From Paracoccaceae bacterium (GTDB lineage: Bacteria; Pseudomonadota; Alphaproteobacteria; Rhodobacterales; Rhodobacteraceae), in the NCBI GenBank assembly GCA_020832705.1, contig JAFIEE010000002.1:478-64477 (forward strand): 64,000 bases of DNA, in the 5' to 3' direction. The notes under the pieces were generated by a model. It saw only the letters and a program-made list of their open reading frames with translations, was not told the origin of the DNA and did not search any database. This document shows positions 1 through 10,187 of this stretch, piece after piece; within the stretch, counting starts at the first letter, position 1, and every line of letters begins with the position of its first letter. The translations under genes were made by a program, and so were the position numbers.

Positions 1-1
1 C

Positions 2-172
2 GACATCAAGGCCGCCTGCGCCCGGTTCGAGCGCCTGGGCGTGACCTTCCAGAAGAAGCTGGGCGCGGGCGGAATGAAGGAAATCGCCTTCATCCGCGAC
101 CCCGATGGCTACTGGATCGAGGTGGTGCAGCCGGACCTGATGGAGGGGCTGGTGGGGCCGTTCAGGCGCTGA
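2..172 (+). CDS. gloA: Lactoylglutathione lyase (glyoxalase I), C-terminal part, truncated by window edge
   Basis: Frame 2 reads DIKAACARFERLGVTFQKKLGAGGMKEIAFIRDPDGYWIEVVQP...*; the FIxDPDGYWIE motif is typical of glyoxalase I. Confidence 0.85.
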   Translation, partial: DIKAACARFERLGVTFQKKLGAGGMKEIAFIRDPDGYWIEVVQPDLMEGLVGPFRR

Positions 173-250
173 GGTGTCGCAGCGCATCAGGGCTGCGCCC
201 GGCCGCGTTCTGCGCTATATGGCGAAGCTGTCCCGCACAGGTGCCCGACC

Positions 251-1390
251 ATGAGCCCCGAGCAGTTCCGCAAGCTGAGCGCAGCCCTGCCCTTCTGGGT
301 CTCGCTGGGCTTTCTGCCGCTGATCGCCGCCGCTGCGGTCTGGGGCGGCTGGTGGCTGCTGGCGATGCCGGTCTATGGCTGGGGCGTGTTCACGCTGATG
401 GATTTCCTGACCGGGCTGAACGAGGACAACCCGGATGTGGAGACGCCGCTGGCGGACCTGTTCTGGTACCGGGCAATCACGCTGATCTGGTTTCCGGTTC
501 AGTTCGGGGTGATCTTCGGCGCGCTGTGGTGGGTCTCGGTCACTGATCATCTGCACTGGGCCGAGGTGGTGGCGCTGTTCTTTGGCGTCGGTGTCATGTC
601 CGGGGTGATCGGCATCGTCTATGCCCATGAGTTGCTGCACCAGCGCACCCGGCTGGAGCGCTGGCTGGGTGATCTGCTGCTGGCCTCGGTGCTCTACAGC
701 CATTTCCGGTCCGAGCATCTGCTCGTGCATCATGCCTGGGTAGGCACCCCGCGCGACCCTGTCACGGCGCGGCTGGGCGAGGGGTTTCAGGCCTATTTCT
801 GGCGCGTGCTGCGCGACTGCCCCCCCTCGGCCTGGCGGGCCGAGGCGGCGATGCTGGCGCGCCGGGGCCTGCCTGCGTGGCACTGGCGCAACCCGTTCTG
901 GCGTTACGCCGCGCTGCAGGGCGGGTTTCTGGCGCTGGCGTTCTGGATTGGCGGCTGGGCGGGGCTGGGGCTGTTTCTGTGGCAGGCCTTCATTGCGATC
1001 TGGCAGCTTGAGCTGACCAATTACATCGAGCACTATGGGCTGACCCGGCGCCATCTGGGCGAGGGGCGCTATGAGCCGGTGCGCCCGCACCATAGCTGGA
1101 ACGCGGCGCACCGGGCCTCGAACTGGCTGATGATCAACCTGCAGCGCCATTCGGACCACCATTACAAGCCCGAGCGCCGCTTTCCCCTGTTGCAGACCTA
1201 TGCCGAGGACGCGGCGCCGCAACTGCCCTACGGCTATCCGGCGCTGACCACGCTGGCGATGATCCCGCCCCTGTGGCGGCGGTTCATGAACCCGAAGGTC
1301 CGCGCCTGGCGGCGGCGGTTCTATCCGGATATCGCGGACTGGGCGGCGTATGATGCCCATGCAACGCCCATGCCGCGCGGGGCGCACTGA
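251..1390 (+). CDS. alkB: Alkane 1-monooxygenase (membrane diiron)
   Basis: His boxes HELLH, EHLLVHH, NYIEHYGL and LQRHSDHH, plus multiple TM segments. Confidence 0.9.
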   Translation: MSPEQFRKLSAALPFWVSLGFLPLIAAAAVWGGWWLLAMPVYGWGVFTLMDFLTGLNEDNPDVETPLADLFWYRAITLIWFPVQFGVIFGALWWVSVTDHLHWAEVVALFFGVGVMSGVIGIVYAHELLHQRTRLERWLGDLLLASVLYSHFRSEHLLVHHAWVGTPRDPVTARLGEGFQAYFWRVLRDCPPSAWRAEAAMLARRGLPAWHWRNPFWRYAALQGGFLALAFWIGGWAGLGLFLWQAFIAIWQLELTNYIEHYGLTRRHLGEGRYEPVRPHHSWNAAHRASNWLMINLQRHSDHHYKPERRFPLLQTYAEDAAPQLPYGYPALTTLAMIPPLWRRFMNPKVRAWRRRFYPDIADWAAYDAHATPMPRGAH

Positions 1391-1407
1391 GGGCAGGCGT
1401 CGGAGGA

Positions 1408-1470
1408 GGGCGCCGCCCCCGGCCCGGCTGCGCCGGGCCTCCCCCCGGAGTATTTTGCGGCAAGATGAAG
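1408..1470 (+). repeat. Intergenic REP/MITE-like element, copy 1
   Basis: GGGCGCCGCCCCC + hairpin + CTCCCCCCGGAGTATTTTGCGGCAAGATGAAG; same architecture as the reverse copy at 40325-40396. Confidence 0.75.
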
Positions 1471-1485
1471 GGGGGTGGGCGCGGG

Positions 1486-1872
1486 TCAGTTCGGGGGTGG
1501 CTCGAGCCTGGTGACGGTGTCGATGCTCAGATAGACCTGCGCGCCACGAATCTCGACCGTGCCGGTGCCTTCGATGGCGCAGGTGCGGCGGCGGTCGACC
1601 ATGAAGCTGCTTTGCTGGCAGTTGGCCTCGATCTCTTCGCGAATGGCGCGGCCGGCGTCGATGACGGCGCCGTGAATGCCGCGTTCACCGTGGCGCAGGA
1701 AGCCGAAGCCGCCGCCGGTGCTGGAGGGGTCGAAGTAGATGTGGCCCTCGAAACTGACCGGGGTGCGGTCCATTTCGGCGAGGTAGGCGTCGAAACTGAT
1801 GGGCGGTTCGGCGCTTGTGCTGCTGGCGGCGACGAGGGCGAGCGCGGTGGCAGTGGCGGTGATGGGTTTCAT
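1486..1872 (-). CDS. Hypothetical secreted protein (128 aa)
   Basis: MKPITATATALALVAASSTSA signal peptide, AGGA RBS-like upstream, two Cys in the mature part. Confidence 0.65.
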   Translation of the reverse strand: MKPITATATALALVAASSTSAEPPISFDAYLAEMDRTPVSFEGHIYFDPSSTGGGFGFLRHGERGIHGAVIDAGRAIREEIEANCQQSSFMVDRRRTCAIEGTGTVEIRGAQVYLSIDTVTRLEPPPN

Positions 1873-1928
1873 GACCGGGTCCTCCTGCCGGTCAGTCTGG
1901 CGCGATGGGGCGGGCACGGCAAGGCCGC

Positions 1929-2792
1929 TCAGCGCTTGCGCCGTGCGGGCAGCGAGACGGCGATGACGATGGCGAGGCCCGCGAAGCTGAGCCAGGGCAA
2001 CGCCTCGCCCCGGAAAACCCAGCCGAACACCACCGCGAAGCCCGGCATCAGGAACATCACCAGCGAGGCGCCGTTGGCGCCCGCGCGCCGCACCAGCATG
2101 TAGTTCAGCAACGCAGGCGCCACGGTGGCCAGCACCACCAGCGCGGTCAGCACGACCCAGACCGAGGGCGCTTCAGGCAAGGCGCGGGCGCCGTCGATCA
2201 CAAGCGCGGCGGGCAGCATCAGCACTGCCCCCACAGCGAACATGGCGGCGCTCAGCACCAGCGGCGGCAGGGGCGCGCGGCGGCGGAACCAGACGTTCCC
2301 GGCGGCATAGCTGAGCGGCGAGAGCAGCGTCAGGAACGTGCCCCACCCGGCCTGCCCCATCCCGTCGGCCACCAGCGCAGGCCCGGCAATCAGCACCACC
2401 CCCGCCAGCCCGAGCACGATCCGGATCACCTGCGCGCGGCTGACGGGTTCATCGCGCAGCGCCACCGCCGCCAGTCCCAGCGTGAACAGCGGCATGGTGG
2501 CATAGAGCATGCCGCCCAGCCCCGAGGGGATGTATTGCATCCCCGCCGCCATGGTCACGAACGGGATCGCGATCACCAGCACGCCGCCCACCAGCGCGGT
2601 CACCAGATCGGACGCCGCATAGCGCCGCCGCGAAGCCAGAAGCAGCGCCGCCACCACCAGCAGCGGCAGACCCAGCACGGCGCGGAGCGCGCCCAGCGTG
2701 AAGGGCGGGAAATGCTGGACCGAGAGCGTGATCAGCAGCGGCGCGGCGCCGAAGCCCGCCGCCGTGAGCAGCAGCAGAAGCGGGGCCGGCAC
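1929..2792 (-). CDS. DMT/EamA family transporter
   Basis: 287 aa, about 10 TM segments, two EamA-like halves (P-FTLGALR; YATMPLFT; FLMPGFAVVFG). Confidence 0.85.
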   Translation of the reverse strand: MPAPLLLLLTAAGFGAAPLLITLSVQHFPPFTLGALRAVLGLPLLVVAALLLASRRRYAASDLVTALVGGVLVIAIPFVTMAAGMQYIPSGLGGMLYATMPLFTLGLAAVALRDEPVSRAQVIRIVLGLAGVVLIAGPALVADGMGQAGWGTFLTLLSPLSYAAGNVWFRRRAPLPPLVLSAAMFAVGAVLMLPAALVIDGARALPEAPSVWVVLTALVVLATVAPALLNYMLVRRAGANGASLVMFLMPGFAVVFGWVFRGEALPWLSFAGLAIVIAVSLPARRKR

Positions 2793-2813
2793 GCCTGACC
2801 CTGCGCGGGCGGA

Positions 2814-4040
2814 TCAGCCGTCCATCTCGAATCCCAGGTGCCGGGCGACGGTGAAGATGTCCTTGTCCCCGCGCCCGCACATGTTCATCACCAGCAGGTG
2901 ATCCTGCGGCAACGCGGGCGCGATCTTCAGCACATGGGCCAGCGCGTGGCTGGGTTCCAGGGCCGGGATGATCCCTTCGAGCGCGCAGCAGCGCTGGAAG
3001 GCATCGAGCGCCTCGTCGTCGGTGATGCTGACATATTCGGCGCGGCCGGTTTCATGCAGCCACGCGTGTTCCGGGCCGATGCCGGGGTAATCGAGGCCCG
3101 CGCTGATCGAATGCCCTTCGAGGATCTGGCCGTCGGCGTCCTGCAGCAGATAGGTGCGGTTGCCGTGCAGCACGCCCGGACGCCCGCCGGTGAGGGAGGC
3201 GCAATGCTCCATCCGGTCATCGACGCCGCGGCCCCCGGCCTCGACCCCGATGATGCGCACCGACGGATCATCGAGGAACGGGTGAAACAGCCCCATGGCG
3301 TTGGAGCCGCCGCCAATGGCCGCGACCAGCGAATCCGGCAGGCGGCCTTCGCGCTCCATGATCTGGGTGCGGACCTCCTTGCCGATGATCGACTGGAAAT
3401 CACGTACCATGGCCGGATAGGGGTGCGGACCGGCCACGGTGCCGATGCAGTAGAACGTGTCGCGCACATTGGTCACCCAGTCGCGCAAGGCATCGTTCAT
3501 GGCGTCCTTCAGCGTGCCGCGCCCCGAGGTCACGGGCACGACCTCGGCGCCCAGCAGCCGCATGCGGAACACATTGGGCTTTTGCCGCTCCACGTCATGG
3601 GCGCCCATGTAGACGATACATTGCAGCCCGAAGCGCGCGCAGACCGTGGCGGTGGCCACACCATGCTGCCCGGCCCCGGTTTCGGCGATGATGCGGGTCT
3701 TGCCCATGCGCATGGCCAGCAGGATCTGGCCCAGCACGTTGTTGATCTTGTGCGCGCCGGTGTGGTTCAGCTCGTCGCGCTTCATGTAGACCTTGGCGCC
3801 TCCCAGCGCCTCGGTCAGGCGTTCGGCGAAATAGAGCGGGCTGGGGCGGCCGACATAATGGGTCCACAGATCATCCATCTGCGCCCAGAAGCGCTCGTCG
3901 GTCTTGGCGCGCTCATACTCGGCTTCGAGTTCGAGGATCAGCGGCATCAGGGTCTCGGACACGAAACGCCCACCGAAGATGCCGAAGCGGCCCTTCTCGT
4001 CGGGGCCGTTCATGAAGGAATTGATCAGGTCGTCGGGCAT
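2814..4040 (-). CDS. trpB: Tryptophan synthase beta chain
   Basis: PLP-lysine motif [39 protein letters not shown]. Confidence 0.97.
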   Translation of the reverse strand: MPDDLINSFMNGPDEKGRFGIFGGRFVSETLMPLILELEAEYERAKTDERFWAQMDDLWTHYVGRPSPLYFAERLTEALGGAKVYMKRDELNHTGAHKINNVLGQILLAMRMGKTRIIAETGAGQHGVATATVCARFGLQCIVYMGAHDVERQKPNVFRMRLLGAEVVPVTSGRGTLKDAMNDALRDWVTNVRDTFYCIGTVAGPHPYPAMVRDFQSIIGKEVRTQIMEREGRLPDSLVAAIGGGSNAMGLFHPFLDDPSVRIIGVEAGGRGVDDRMEHCASLTGGRPGVLHGNRTYLLQDADGQILEGHSISAGLDYPGIGPEHAWLHETGRAEYVSITDDEALDAFQRCCALEGIIPALEPSHALAHVLKIAPALPQDHLLVMNMCGRGDKDIFTVARHLGFEMDG

Positions 4041-4513
4041 GTCGTGTCCTCCGCTGGGCTGAGTTCGCGTTTAAAGCCGATATGGCTTGGCGTAAAGCCG
4101 AGGCGGGCGTAAAACGCCCGCGCATCGCGGCGGCTGGCGTTGGTTGTCAGTTGCATGAGCGCGCAGCCTGCAGCGCGGGCGCGCGCGGCGGCGTCATCGA
4201 ACATCCGCGCACCAAGACCGGTGCCGCGCATCCGCGATGCCACGCGCACGCTTTCGATCTGCGCGCGCCGGGTGGCGCCCAGCGACAGCCCGGTGATGAA
4301 GGTGATCTGATAGGTGGCGACCGGTGCGCCGTCGATTTCGCCCAGGATCACGTGATTGTCCGGCTCAGCCAGCAGGCGGGCGAAGGCGCTGGCGTAGGCG
4401 GTGTCGCCCGCGTCCTCGCGCATGGCGCCCAGCCGGTCATCGCGCAGAAGCGCAAGGATTGCGGGCAGGTCATCCGCCCGCGCCTGCCGGAACATCACCG
4501 CGCCGCTTCCCAT
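4025..4513 (-). CDS. GNAT family N-acetyltransferase
   Basis: [13 protein letters not shown] acetyl-CoA motif A and [10 protein letters not shown] motif B; overlaps the trpB start. Confidence 0.85.
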   Translation of the reverse strand: MGSGAVMFRQARADDLPAILALLRDDRLGAMREDAGDTAYASAFARLLAEPDNHVILGEIDGAPVATYQITFITGLSLGATRRAQIESVRVASRMRGTGLGARMFDDAAARARAAGCALMQLTTNASRRDARAFYARLGFTPSHIGFKRELSPAEDTTCPTT

Positions 4514-4594
4514 GCCGCCCCTCGCCGCCTGCCAGAGGTGCAGATGTAGCCCCCGCCCCCGGCGCGGTAAAGCGCGCGGGTGACGCAGCGACCG

Positions 4595-5413
4595 TCAGGC
4601 GCGGGTGGCGATGGTCAGCAGGTAATCGGTCTGCATGCGCACCGTGCCGTCATCGGCGCGGTTGTGGGCGGCGATGACCCGGCCCAGATCGGCGCGCAGG
4701 GCATCGGCGCCATCGGCACCGACCACCTGCAGCGCGCGGATGGTGGGGCCGAAATACGCGGCGAACACATCCAGCGCGTGATCGACCGAGCGGAAGAAGG
4801 CATAGCCGGTGCCGCGCTGGAAGGTGAAGTCACCGGCCCCGTCCCCCAGCAGGGCCGTGATTCCCGCTTCACTGCCCCAGACCAGCGGCGAGGGCGCGCC
4901 TTCGGGCGGGGGCGCGTGGCGGGCGTGGGCGCCGAAGAAATCGCGCCCGAAGCCTTCGGGCATCCAGTTCGCCAGCACCAGCCGCCCGCCGGGGCGCGTG
5001 ACGCGCAACGCTTCCGTGGCGGCCCGGCGCTGGTCCGGGGCGAACATGATCCCGAAGGCCGAGGTGACCATATCGAAGGCACCGGCATCAAAGGGCAGGT
5101 CCTGTGCATCGCCGGTGCGGAAATCGATCTCGCTGCCCTCGGCGGCGGCGCGGCGGCGTGCGGCGTCGATCAGGTTCGCGGCGATATCGATTCCCGCGAC
5201 CGCGCAATACCGGCGCGCGGCAATGAGGGCGATGTTGCCGCTGCCACAGGCGATATCGAGCACGCGCGCGCCGGGGCGCGGATCGGCGATGCGGACCAGA
5301 TCCTCGGCGATCATCATGGTCTGGCGGGCGATCACGTTGAAGTCACCGCTTGACCACAGCTTGCGCCCGGCCTGGGTCAGAGCGGCAGTGTCCGGCACGG
5401 AGGCACCTTGCAT
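4595..5413 (-). CDS. Class I SAM-dependent methyltransferase
   Basis: VLDIACGSG, GDAQDLPF..FDMV, LRVTRPGGRL. Likely start at MQGASV; the N-terminal part of the 685-aa ORF is the antisense shadow of the regulator. Confidence 0.88.
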   Translation of the reverse strand: MQGASVPDTAALTQAGRKLWSSGDFNVIARQTMMIAEDLVRIADPRPGARVLDIACGSGNIALIAARRYCAVAGIDIAANLIDAARRRAAAEGSEIDFRTGDAQDLPFDAGAFDMVTSAFGIMFAPDQRRAATEALRVTRPGGRLVLANWMPEGFGRDFFGAHARHAPPPEGAPSPLVWGSEAGITALLGDGAGDFTFQRGTGYAFFRSVDHALDVFAAYFGPTIRALQVVGADGADALRADLGRVIAAHNRADDGTVRMQTDYLLTIATRA

Positions 5414-5596
5414 GGCCTTTCTCCCGGCTGGAAAAGGCGGCAGCATAGCACATTTTGCCCAGTTCCGCAGCCCCTGGCCTGTATCGCCCCCGGAAATGGC
5501 GGATGCGGCGCGGTCGCGCGCTGGCGTCGGTTCCGCTTGAAGGCGCCCGGAAAAACTGATTTTGTGCCGCCCGATCATCCGCGCTCGCAGGCCCGC

Positions 5597-6670
5597 ATGT
5601 CCAGACCCGCCCCCCGCCGACCCGAGAGCGCCCGCCAGCCCGGCGGTGCGGCCGCCAGTCCACGCCATTTCGTTTTCCTGCTGCTGCATCGCTTTTCGAT
5701 GCTGGCCTTTGCGTCGGCGCTGGAGCCGCTGCGACTGGCCAACCGGGCCGCCGGGCGCACGCTCTACACCTGGCGGCTGGTGGGCGAGGACGGCGCCGAG
5801 GCGGAGTGCTCCAATCGCACCCGCTGCCGGCTGGATGGCGGGTTGGGCGATATCGAGCATGGCAGCATCGTGCTGGTCTGCGGGGGGATCGACGTGCAGC
5901 AGGCGACCACGCCCGCGATCGTGAACTGGCTGCGCCGTCAGGCCCGCCACGGCGCCGCCATGGGCGGCATCTGCACCGGCGCCCATGCACTGGCCCGCGC
6001 CGGGTTGCTGGACGGGCGCGAGGCCACGATCCACTGGGAAAACCATGACGGCTTCGCCGAGGCCTTCGACGCGGTCACGCTGAACAAGACGGTGTTCGTC
6101 ATCGATGCCAACCGCATGACCAGCGCGGGCGGCACCGCCTCGCTGGACATGATGCTGACCCTGATCGCCGATCATCACGGCAAGGACCTGGCCAACAATG
6201 TGGCCGACCAGTTGATCTATTCCGCCATCCGCACCCACCGGGACACGCAGCGTCTGTCGATCCCCACACGCATCGGCGTGCGTCATCCCAAGCTGGGCCG
6301 CGTGATCGAGATCATGGAAAGCCATATCGAGGATCCGATCAGCCCCGCCGACCTGGCGCATGAGGTGGGCATGTCCACCCGGCAACTGGAACGGCTGTTC
6401 CGGCGCTACCTGAACCGCAGCCCGAAGCGCTATTACATGGAACTGCGGCTGGCCCGGGCGCGCAACCTGCTGATGCAGACCGACATGAGCGTGATCAACG
6501 TGGCGCTGGCCTCGGGGTTCACCTCGCCGTCGCATTTCTCCAAATGCTACCGGGCGCATTACAACACCACGCCCTATCGCGAACGCGGGGCGCAGGGCAG
6601 CGGCTCCCCCAGCGGGTCCGAGGATACCGACAGCGCCACCGCCCGGGCACACCTGACGGACAGCGGCTGA
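5597..6670 (+). CDS. GlxA family transcriptional regulator (DJ-1/PfpI + AraC HTH)
   Basis: FSMLAFASALEPLRLAN, GICTGA..LARAGLL, TIHWEN, STRQLERLF, GFTSPSHFSKCYR; start uncertain. Confidence 0.9.
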   Translation: MSRPAPRRPESARQPGGAAASPRHFVFLLLHRFSMLAFASALEPLRLANRAAGRTLYTWRLVGEDGAEAECSNRTRCRLDGGLGDIEHGSIVLVCGGIDVQQATTPAIVNWLRRQARHGAAMGGICTGAHALARAGLLDGREATIHWENHDGFAEAFDAVTLNKTVFVIDANRMTSAGGTASLDMMLTLIADHHGKDLANNVADQLIYSAIRTHRDTQRLSIPTRIGVRHPKLGRVIEIMESHIEDPISPADLAHEVGMSTRQLERLFRRYLNRSPKRYYMELRLARARNLLMQTDMSVINVALASGFTSPSHFSKCYRAHYNTTPYRERGAQGSGSPSGSEDTDSATARAHLTDSG

Positions 6671-6797
6671 GCGCGCCGCGCGGGGGGAGCGGCGCGCGGC
6701 TCCGGCGGGACTTCAGGCCGACACCGCGTGCGCGGGCGTCAGGCGCGCAGGCGGCGCATCCGGGGCGCGCGCAGTCATGGCCAGCCCGCAAACCGGT

Positions 6798-7862
6798 TCA
6801 GTCCAGCTCCAGCGGTTCCGAAGGGCGTGCGGCGGCGCGAAACGCAGCCTCGACCAGTGCCATGGTGGCATAGGCATCCTCGATCCCGCTGAACAGCCGG
6901 TCATCCTCGCCCGCGTCGAACCGTTGCAGGTTGCGCATCGGCCCCATGAACGAGTCGATGAACCAGCCGCCGCGCAGCGGCACCGCCTCCCAGTCGCCGC
7001 CCTTGCGGCACAGCCACAGCTCGTCCGGTTCGCCGTTGGGATAGTCGTAGCAGACGCCGAGCTTGATCATCGCCGCGCCCTCGGTGCCCTCGATCCGCCA
7101 CCAGGCACTCTGGAACTTCCGCCCGAACGGGTGGTTGTGATTGATCGACATGAGCGCGCGCAGGGGCGCGGGGTAGTCCAGGATCAGCGAGGTGCGCGTC
7201 TGCGCGAATTCGGGCGCGCGCGGGTCGGCGATGGTGCGCGCGAACACGCCCGAAGGCGTGCCCGCCAGCGCGCGCAGCGTGTCCAGGTAATGGATCGAAT
7301 GCACGGCAATCTCGACCCGCTCCATGGGGATCAGGAACGGAAAGATATGCCAGGGCGTGTAGATGTTCAGATGCACCTCGACCTCCAGCAACTCGCCCAG
7401 CAGCCCCTGTTCAATGGCCGCCCGCGCCGCCATCATCATGGGCGAGAACCGGAGCTGGAAATTCATCGCCGCCTTCAGCCCCTTGTCGCGGCAGATCGCG
7501 CGGATCGTCCGGGCCGCCGCCTGATCCGGCCCCATGGGCTTCTGGATCAGCACCGCCGCGCCATCAGGCAGAGCGGGCAACACATCGGCGATGGCCCCGG
7601 GCGGCAATGCCAGGTCATAGACCGCGCCTGTGCCGAAGGCTTCGGCCGCCGCCGCCGCGCTGTCGAACACGCGCGCGATCCCCTGCGCCTTGGCCACGGC
7701 TTCGGCGCGGGCGCGGTCGATATCCACCGCTGCCGCCACCGGCAGATCGGCCATCGCATAGGCGGGCAGATGCGCATCCTTCACGATACCGCCGGTGCCG
7801 ATGATGACGATGGGTTTCGGCGCGGCGGGGGCGGGCCAGAACTGGGGCAGGTCCGGGGTCAT
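6798..7862 (-). CDS. Gfo/Idh/MocA family oxidoreductase
   Basis: IIGTGGIV Rossmann motif, IQKPMG, HSIHYLD; ATGA overlap with the upstream MaoC gene. Confidence 0.88.
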   Translation of the reverse strand: MTPDLPQFWPAPAAPKPIVIIGTGGIVKDAHLPAYAMADLPVAAAVDIDRARAEAVAKAQGIARVFDSAAAAAEAFGTGAVYDLALPPGAIADVLPALPDGAAVLIQKPMGPDQAAARTIRAICRDKGLKAAMNFQLRFSPMMMAARAAIEQGLLGELLEVEVHLNIYTPWHIFPFLIPMERVEIAVHSIHYLDTLRALAGTPSGVFARTIADPRAPEFAQTRTSLILDYPAPLRALMSINHNHPFGRKFQSAWWRIEGTEGAAMIKLGVCYDYPNGEPDELWLCRKGGDWEAVPLRGGWFIDSFMGPMRNLQRFDAGEDDRLFSGIEDAYATMALVEAAFRAAARPSEPLELD

Positions 7863-8311
7863 GCCGCAGGCTCCTTGCGTTCGACCAGCAGGATATGTTC
7901 GCAATACATCACCGTGCGGCCCTCCTGATTCAGGGTTTCGCAGATTTCCACCACCTGCCCGTGACCGGGGCGTTTGGGATCGTCGCGCTTCTCGCCGATG
8001 GTGACGCGGGTGCGGATGGTGTCGCCCGCATGCACCGGGGCGGGAAAGCGCAGCCGCTCGTAGCCATAGGTGAAGGCGCGCGGGTTGATCACCGTGGCGG
8101 TCAGCCCGATACCGATGGCAAAGGTCATGGTGCCATGGGCCACGCGCCGGCCGAAGGGTTGCGTCGCGCACCATTCGGCATCCATGTGATGCGGGAAGAA
8201 GTCGCCCGAATGTCCGGCATGAAAGACGATATCCGCCTCGGTGATGGTGCGGCCAAAGGTCTCGCGGCTGGCGCCGGTCTCGTAGTCCTCGAAGTACTGT
8301 TCGTGCTGCAT
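7859..8311 (-). CDS. MaoC family (hot-dog fold) dehydratase
   Basis: [23 protein letters not shown] (D-x4-H), [17 protein letters not shown]. Confidence 0.88.
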   Translation of the reverse strand: MQHEQYFEDYETGASRETFGRTITEADIVFHAGHSGDFFPHHMDAEWCATQPFGRRVAHGTMTFAIGIGLTATVINPRAFTYGYERLRFPAPVHAGDTIRTRVTIGEKRDDPKRPGHGQVVEICETLNQEGRTVMYCEHILLVERKEPAA

Positions 8312-8409
8312 CTCCCCCCCTATTTCGCCTGCGCAAGGCATTTTGCCCTGTCGAATCGATACCCTGCCCATAGCGATGGCAAACACCCTTCTCCTGTGCA
8401 AGCGTTTTG

Positions 8410-8448
8410 TTCATGAAAAAGTTTTTGACATAGCAAAAATCTTGTGAA
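8410..8448. promoter_or_regulatory. Divergent promoter/operator of the sugar-acid/CoA island
   Basis: AT-rich patch with inverted repeat TTTTTG-ACATAG-CAAAAA (8422-8439) containing TTGACA (8425-8430), and palindrome TTCATGAA (8410-8417), between divergent MaoC genes. Confidence 0.6.
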
Positions 8449-8485
8449 ATGCATCTGGCAGGGATGTCAACGGGGGGAGTTCGGA

Positions 8486-9058
8486 ATGGCAGAGATCGGC
8501 GTGCATGCACGGGGCCTGCCGGGCCTGCCCGAGGATCACGCGGCGGTGCCCGTGTGGAACGCCGAGGACTGGTATTTCGAGGATTTCGAGATCGGCGACC
8601 GCATCCGCTCGATCCGCCGGACCATTTCCGAGGGCGAATCGATGCTGTTCAACAGCCTTGTGATGGACCACCACCCCTATGTCTCGGACGAACGCTTCGC
8701 CGCCGAGGCCGGCGTATTCGGGCGTCGGCTGGTTGCGGGGGCGATGGTGTTTTCCTATGGGCTGGGACTGGCGGCGACAAACTGCCTGAACTCTTTTTCC
8801 TATGGCTATGACCGGCTGCGCTTCATCAAGCCGGTGTTCATCGGCGACAGCATCTACACAATCCGCGAAAACCTGTCCAAGCAGGTCCATAACGACACCA
8901 TGGGCAAGCTGCGCGTCAGCTATTCGGTCTACAAGGGCGAGGGCGAACTGGCGCTCTATGCCGAGCATCTGCTGACCGCGCTCTACCGTGATCCGGCCGC
9001 CCATGCGGAGGCGGTCGCCGCAGCGCGGGCCGAACGCGAGGGCGCGCGCCATGGCTGA
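8486..9058 (+). CDS. MaoC family protein (second copy)
   Basis: [38 protein letters not shown]; GGGAG RBS. Confidence 0.85.
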   Translation: MAEIGVHARGLPGLPEDHAAVPVWNAEDWYFEDFEIGDRIRSIRRTISEGESMLFNSLVMDHHPYVSDERFAAEAGVFGRRLVAGAMVFSYGLGLAATNCLNSFSYGYDRLRFIKPVFIGDSIYTIRENLSKQVHNDTMGKLRVSYSVYKGEGELALYAEHLLTALYRDPAAHAEAVAAARAEREGARHG

Positions 9059-10187
9059 GATCACCCTGCGCGGCATGACCTGGGACCACGCGCGCGGCTA
9101 TGACCCGATGGTGGCCACCGCAACCGAATGGGCGCGCCGAAACCCCGGCGTGCGGATCATCTGGGAAAAGCGCTCGCTGCAGGCCTTTGCCGACCGCCCG
9201 ATCCGCGAGATGGCCGATACATACGACCTGATGGTGATCGACCACCCGCATGTGGGCGAGGTGGCGGCCGAAGGCAACCTGCTGGCGCTGGACGGCTGCG
9301 GCCATGATGACGCGCTGGCCGCACTGGCCGCGCAGACGGTGGGCCAGTCGCATGCCTCCTACAATTTCGGCGGGCGGCAATGGGGGCTGGCGATCGACGC
9401 CGCAACGCCGGTTGCCGCCTTCCGCCCGGACCTGCTGGACGAAGCGCCCACCCGCTGGGAGGATGCGCAGGCGCTGGCCGCGCAGGGGCGCGTGGCTTTC
9501 GCGTTGGTGCCGATCAACGCGCTGATGACGCTGTTCGGGCTGGCGCGCAATCTGGAGTATCCCGTGGCCGAACACCCCGAGCATTTGCTGGCCCGCGACC
9601 ACGGCGCGCATGTGCTGGGCGAGTTGCGCGCCATGGCCGCAAATCTGGACCCGCGCTGTTTCGACTGCGACCCCATCGCCATCTATGACTGGCTGAGCGG
9701 CGACGCGGACGCGCCCGCCTATTCGCCCTTCGGCTATGGCTATACGAATTACAGCCGTGACGGGTATTGCCCGCATCCGCTGGTCTTTGCCGACGCGCCG
9801 GGCTTTGGCGACAACGGGCCGCGCGGCACGGTGCTGGGCGGGACCGGGATCGCCGTCTCGGCCCGCACGCGCCACCCCGAAGCCGCGATGGCCTATGCCT
9901 TCTGGATCGCCGGGGCGGAATGCCAGAAGGGGCTGTTCTTCGCGGCAGGCGGCCAGCCGGGCAACGCGGTCGCCTGGGAAGACCCGGCCTGCAACGCCGC
10001 GTGCCGCAATTTCTTCACCAATACCCGCGCCACACTGGAAACCGCCTGGCTGCGCCCGCGCTACAACGGCTACATGGCCCTGCAGGACCGCGCGGGCGAT
10101 GTGGTGCGGGCCTGCCTGAAGGGTGAGCTGGCGGTGCCGACCGCGCTGGATACGCTGGACCGGCTTTACCGGGAGACGCGCGCATGA
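9051..10187 (+). CDS. ABC-type solute-binding-fold protein lacking a signal peptide
   Basis: [45 protein letters not shown]; SBP_bac_1-like with no hydrophobic N-terminus. Confidence 0.75.
   Translation: MAEITLRGMTWDHARGYDPMVATATEWARRNPGVRIIWEKRSLQAFADRPIREMADTYDLMVIDHPHVGEVAAEGNLLALDGCGHDDALAALAAQTVGQSHASYNFGGRQWGLAIDAATPVAAFRPDLLDEAPTRWEDAQALAAQGRVAFALVPINALMTLFGLARNLEYPVAEHPEHLLARDHGAHVLGELRAMAANLDPRCFDCDPIAIYDWLSGDADAPAYSPFGYGYTNYSRDGYCPHPLVFADAPGFGDNGPRGTVLGGTGIAVSARTRHPEAAMAYAFWIAGAECQKGLFFAAGGQPGNAVAWEDPACNAACRNFFTNTRATLETAWLRPRYNGYMALQDRAGDVVRACLKGELAVPTALDTLDRLYRETRA

Noticed and set aside
2814-4513. trpB without adjacent trpA as a stand-alone TrpB2
   Set aside because: The sequence has canonical TrpB1 motifs, and split trp genes are common in this lineage
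4595-6652. 685-aa methyltransferase fusion
   Set aside because: Only the last 272 aa are methyltransferase; the rest is the antisense of the GlxA regulator
6798-8510. 570-aa MaoC-Gfo fusion
   Set aside because: MaoC is in a different frame (7859-8311) and the Gfo gene has its own ATG at 7862 with an ATGA overlap
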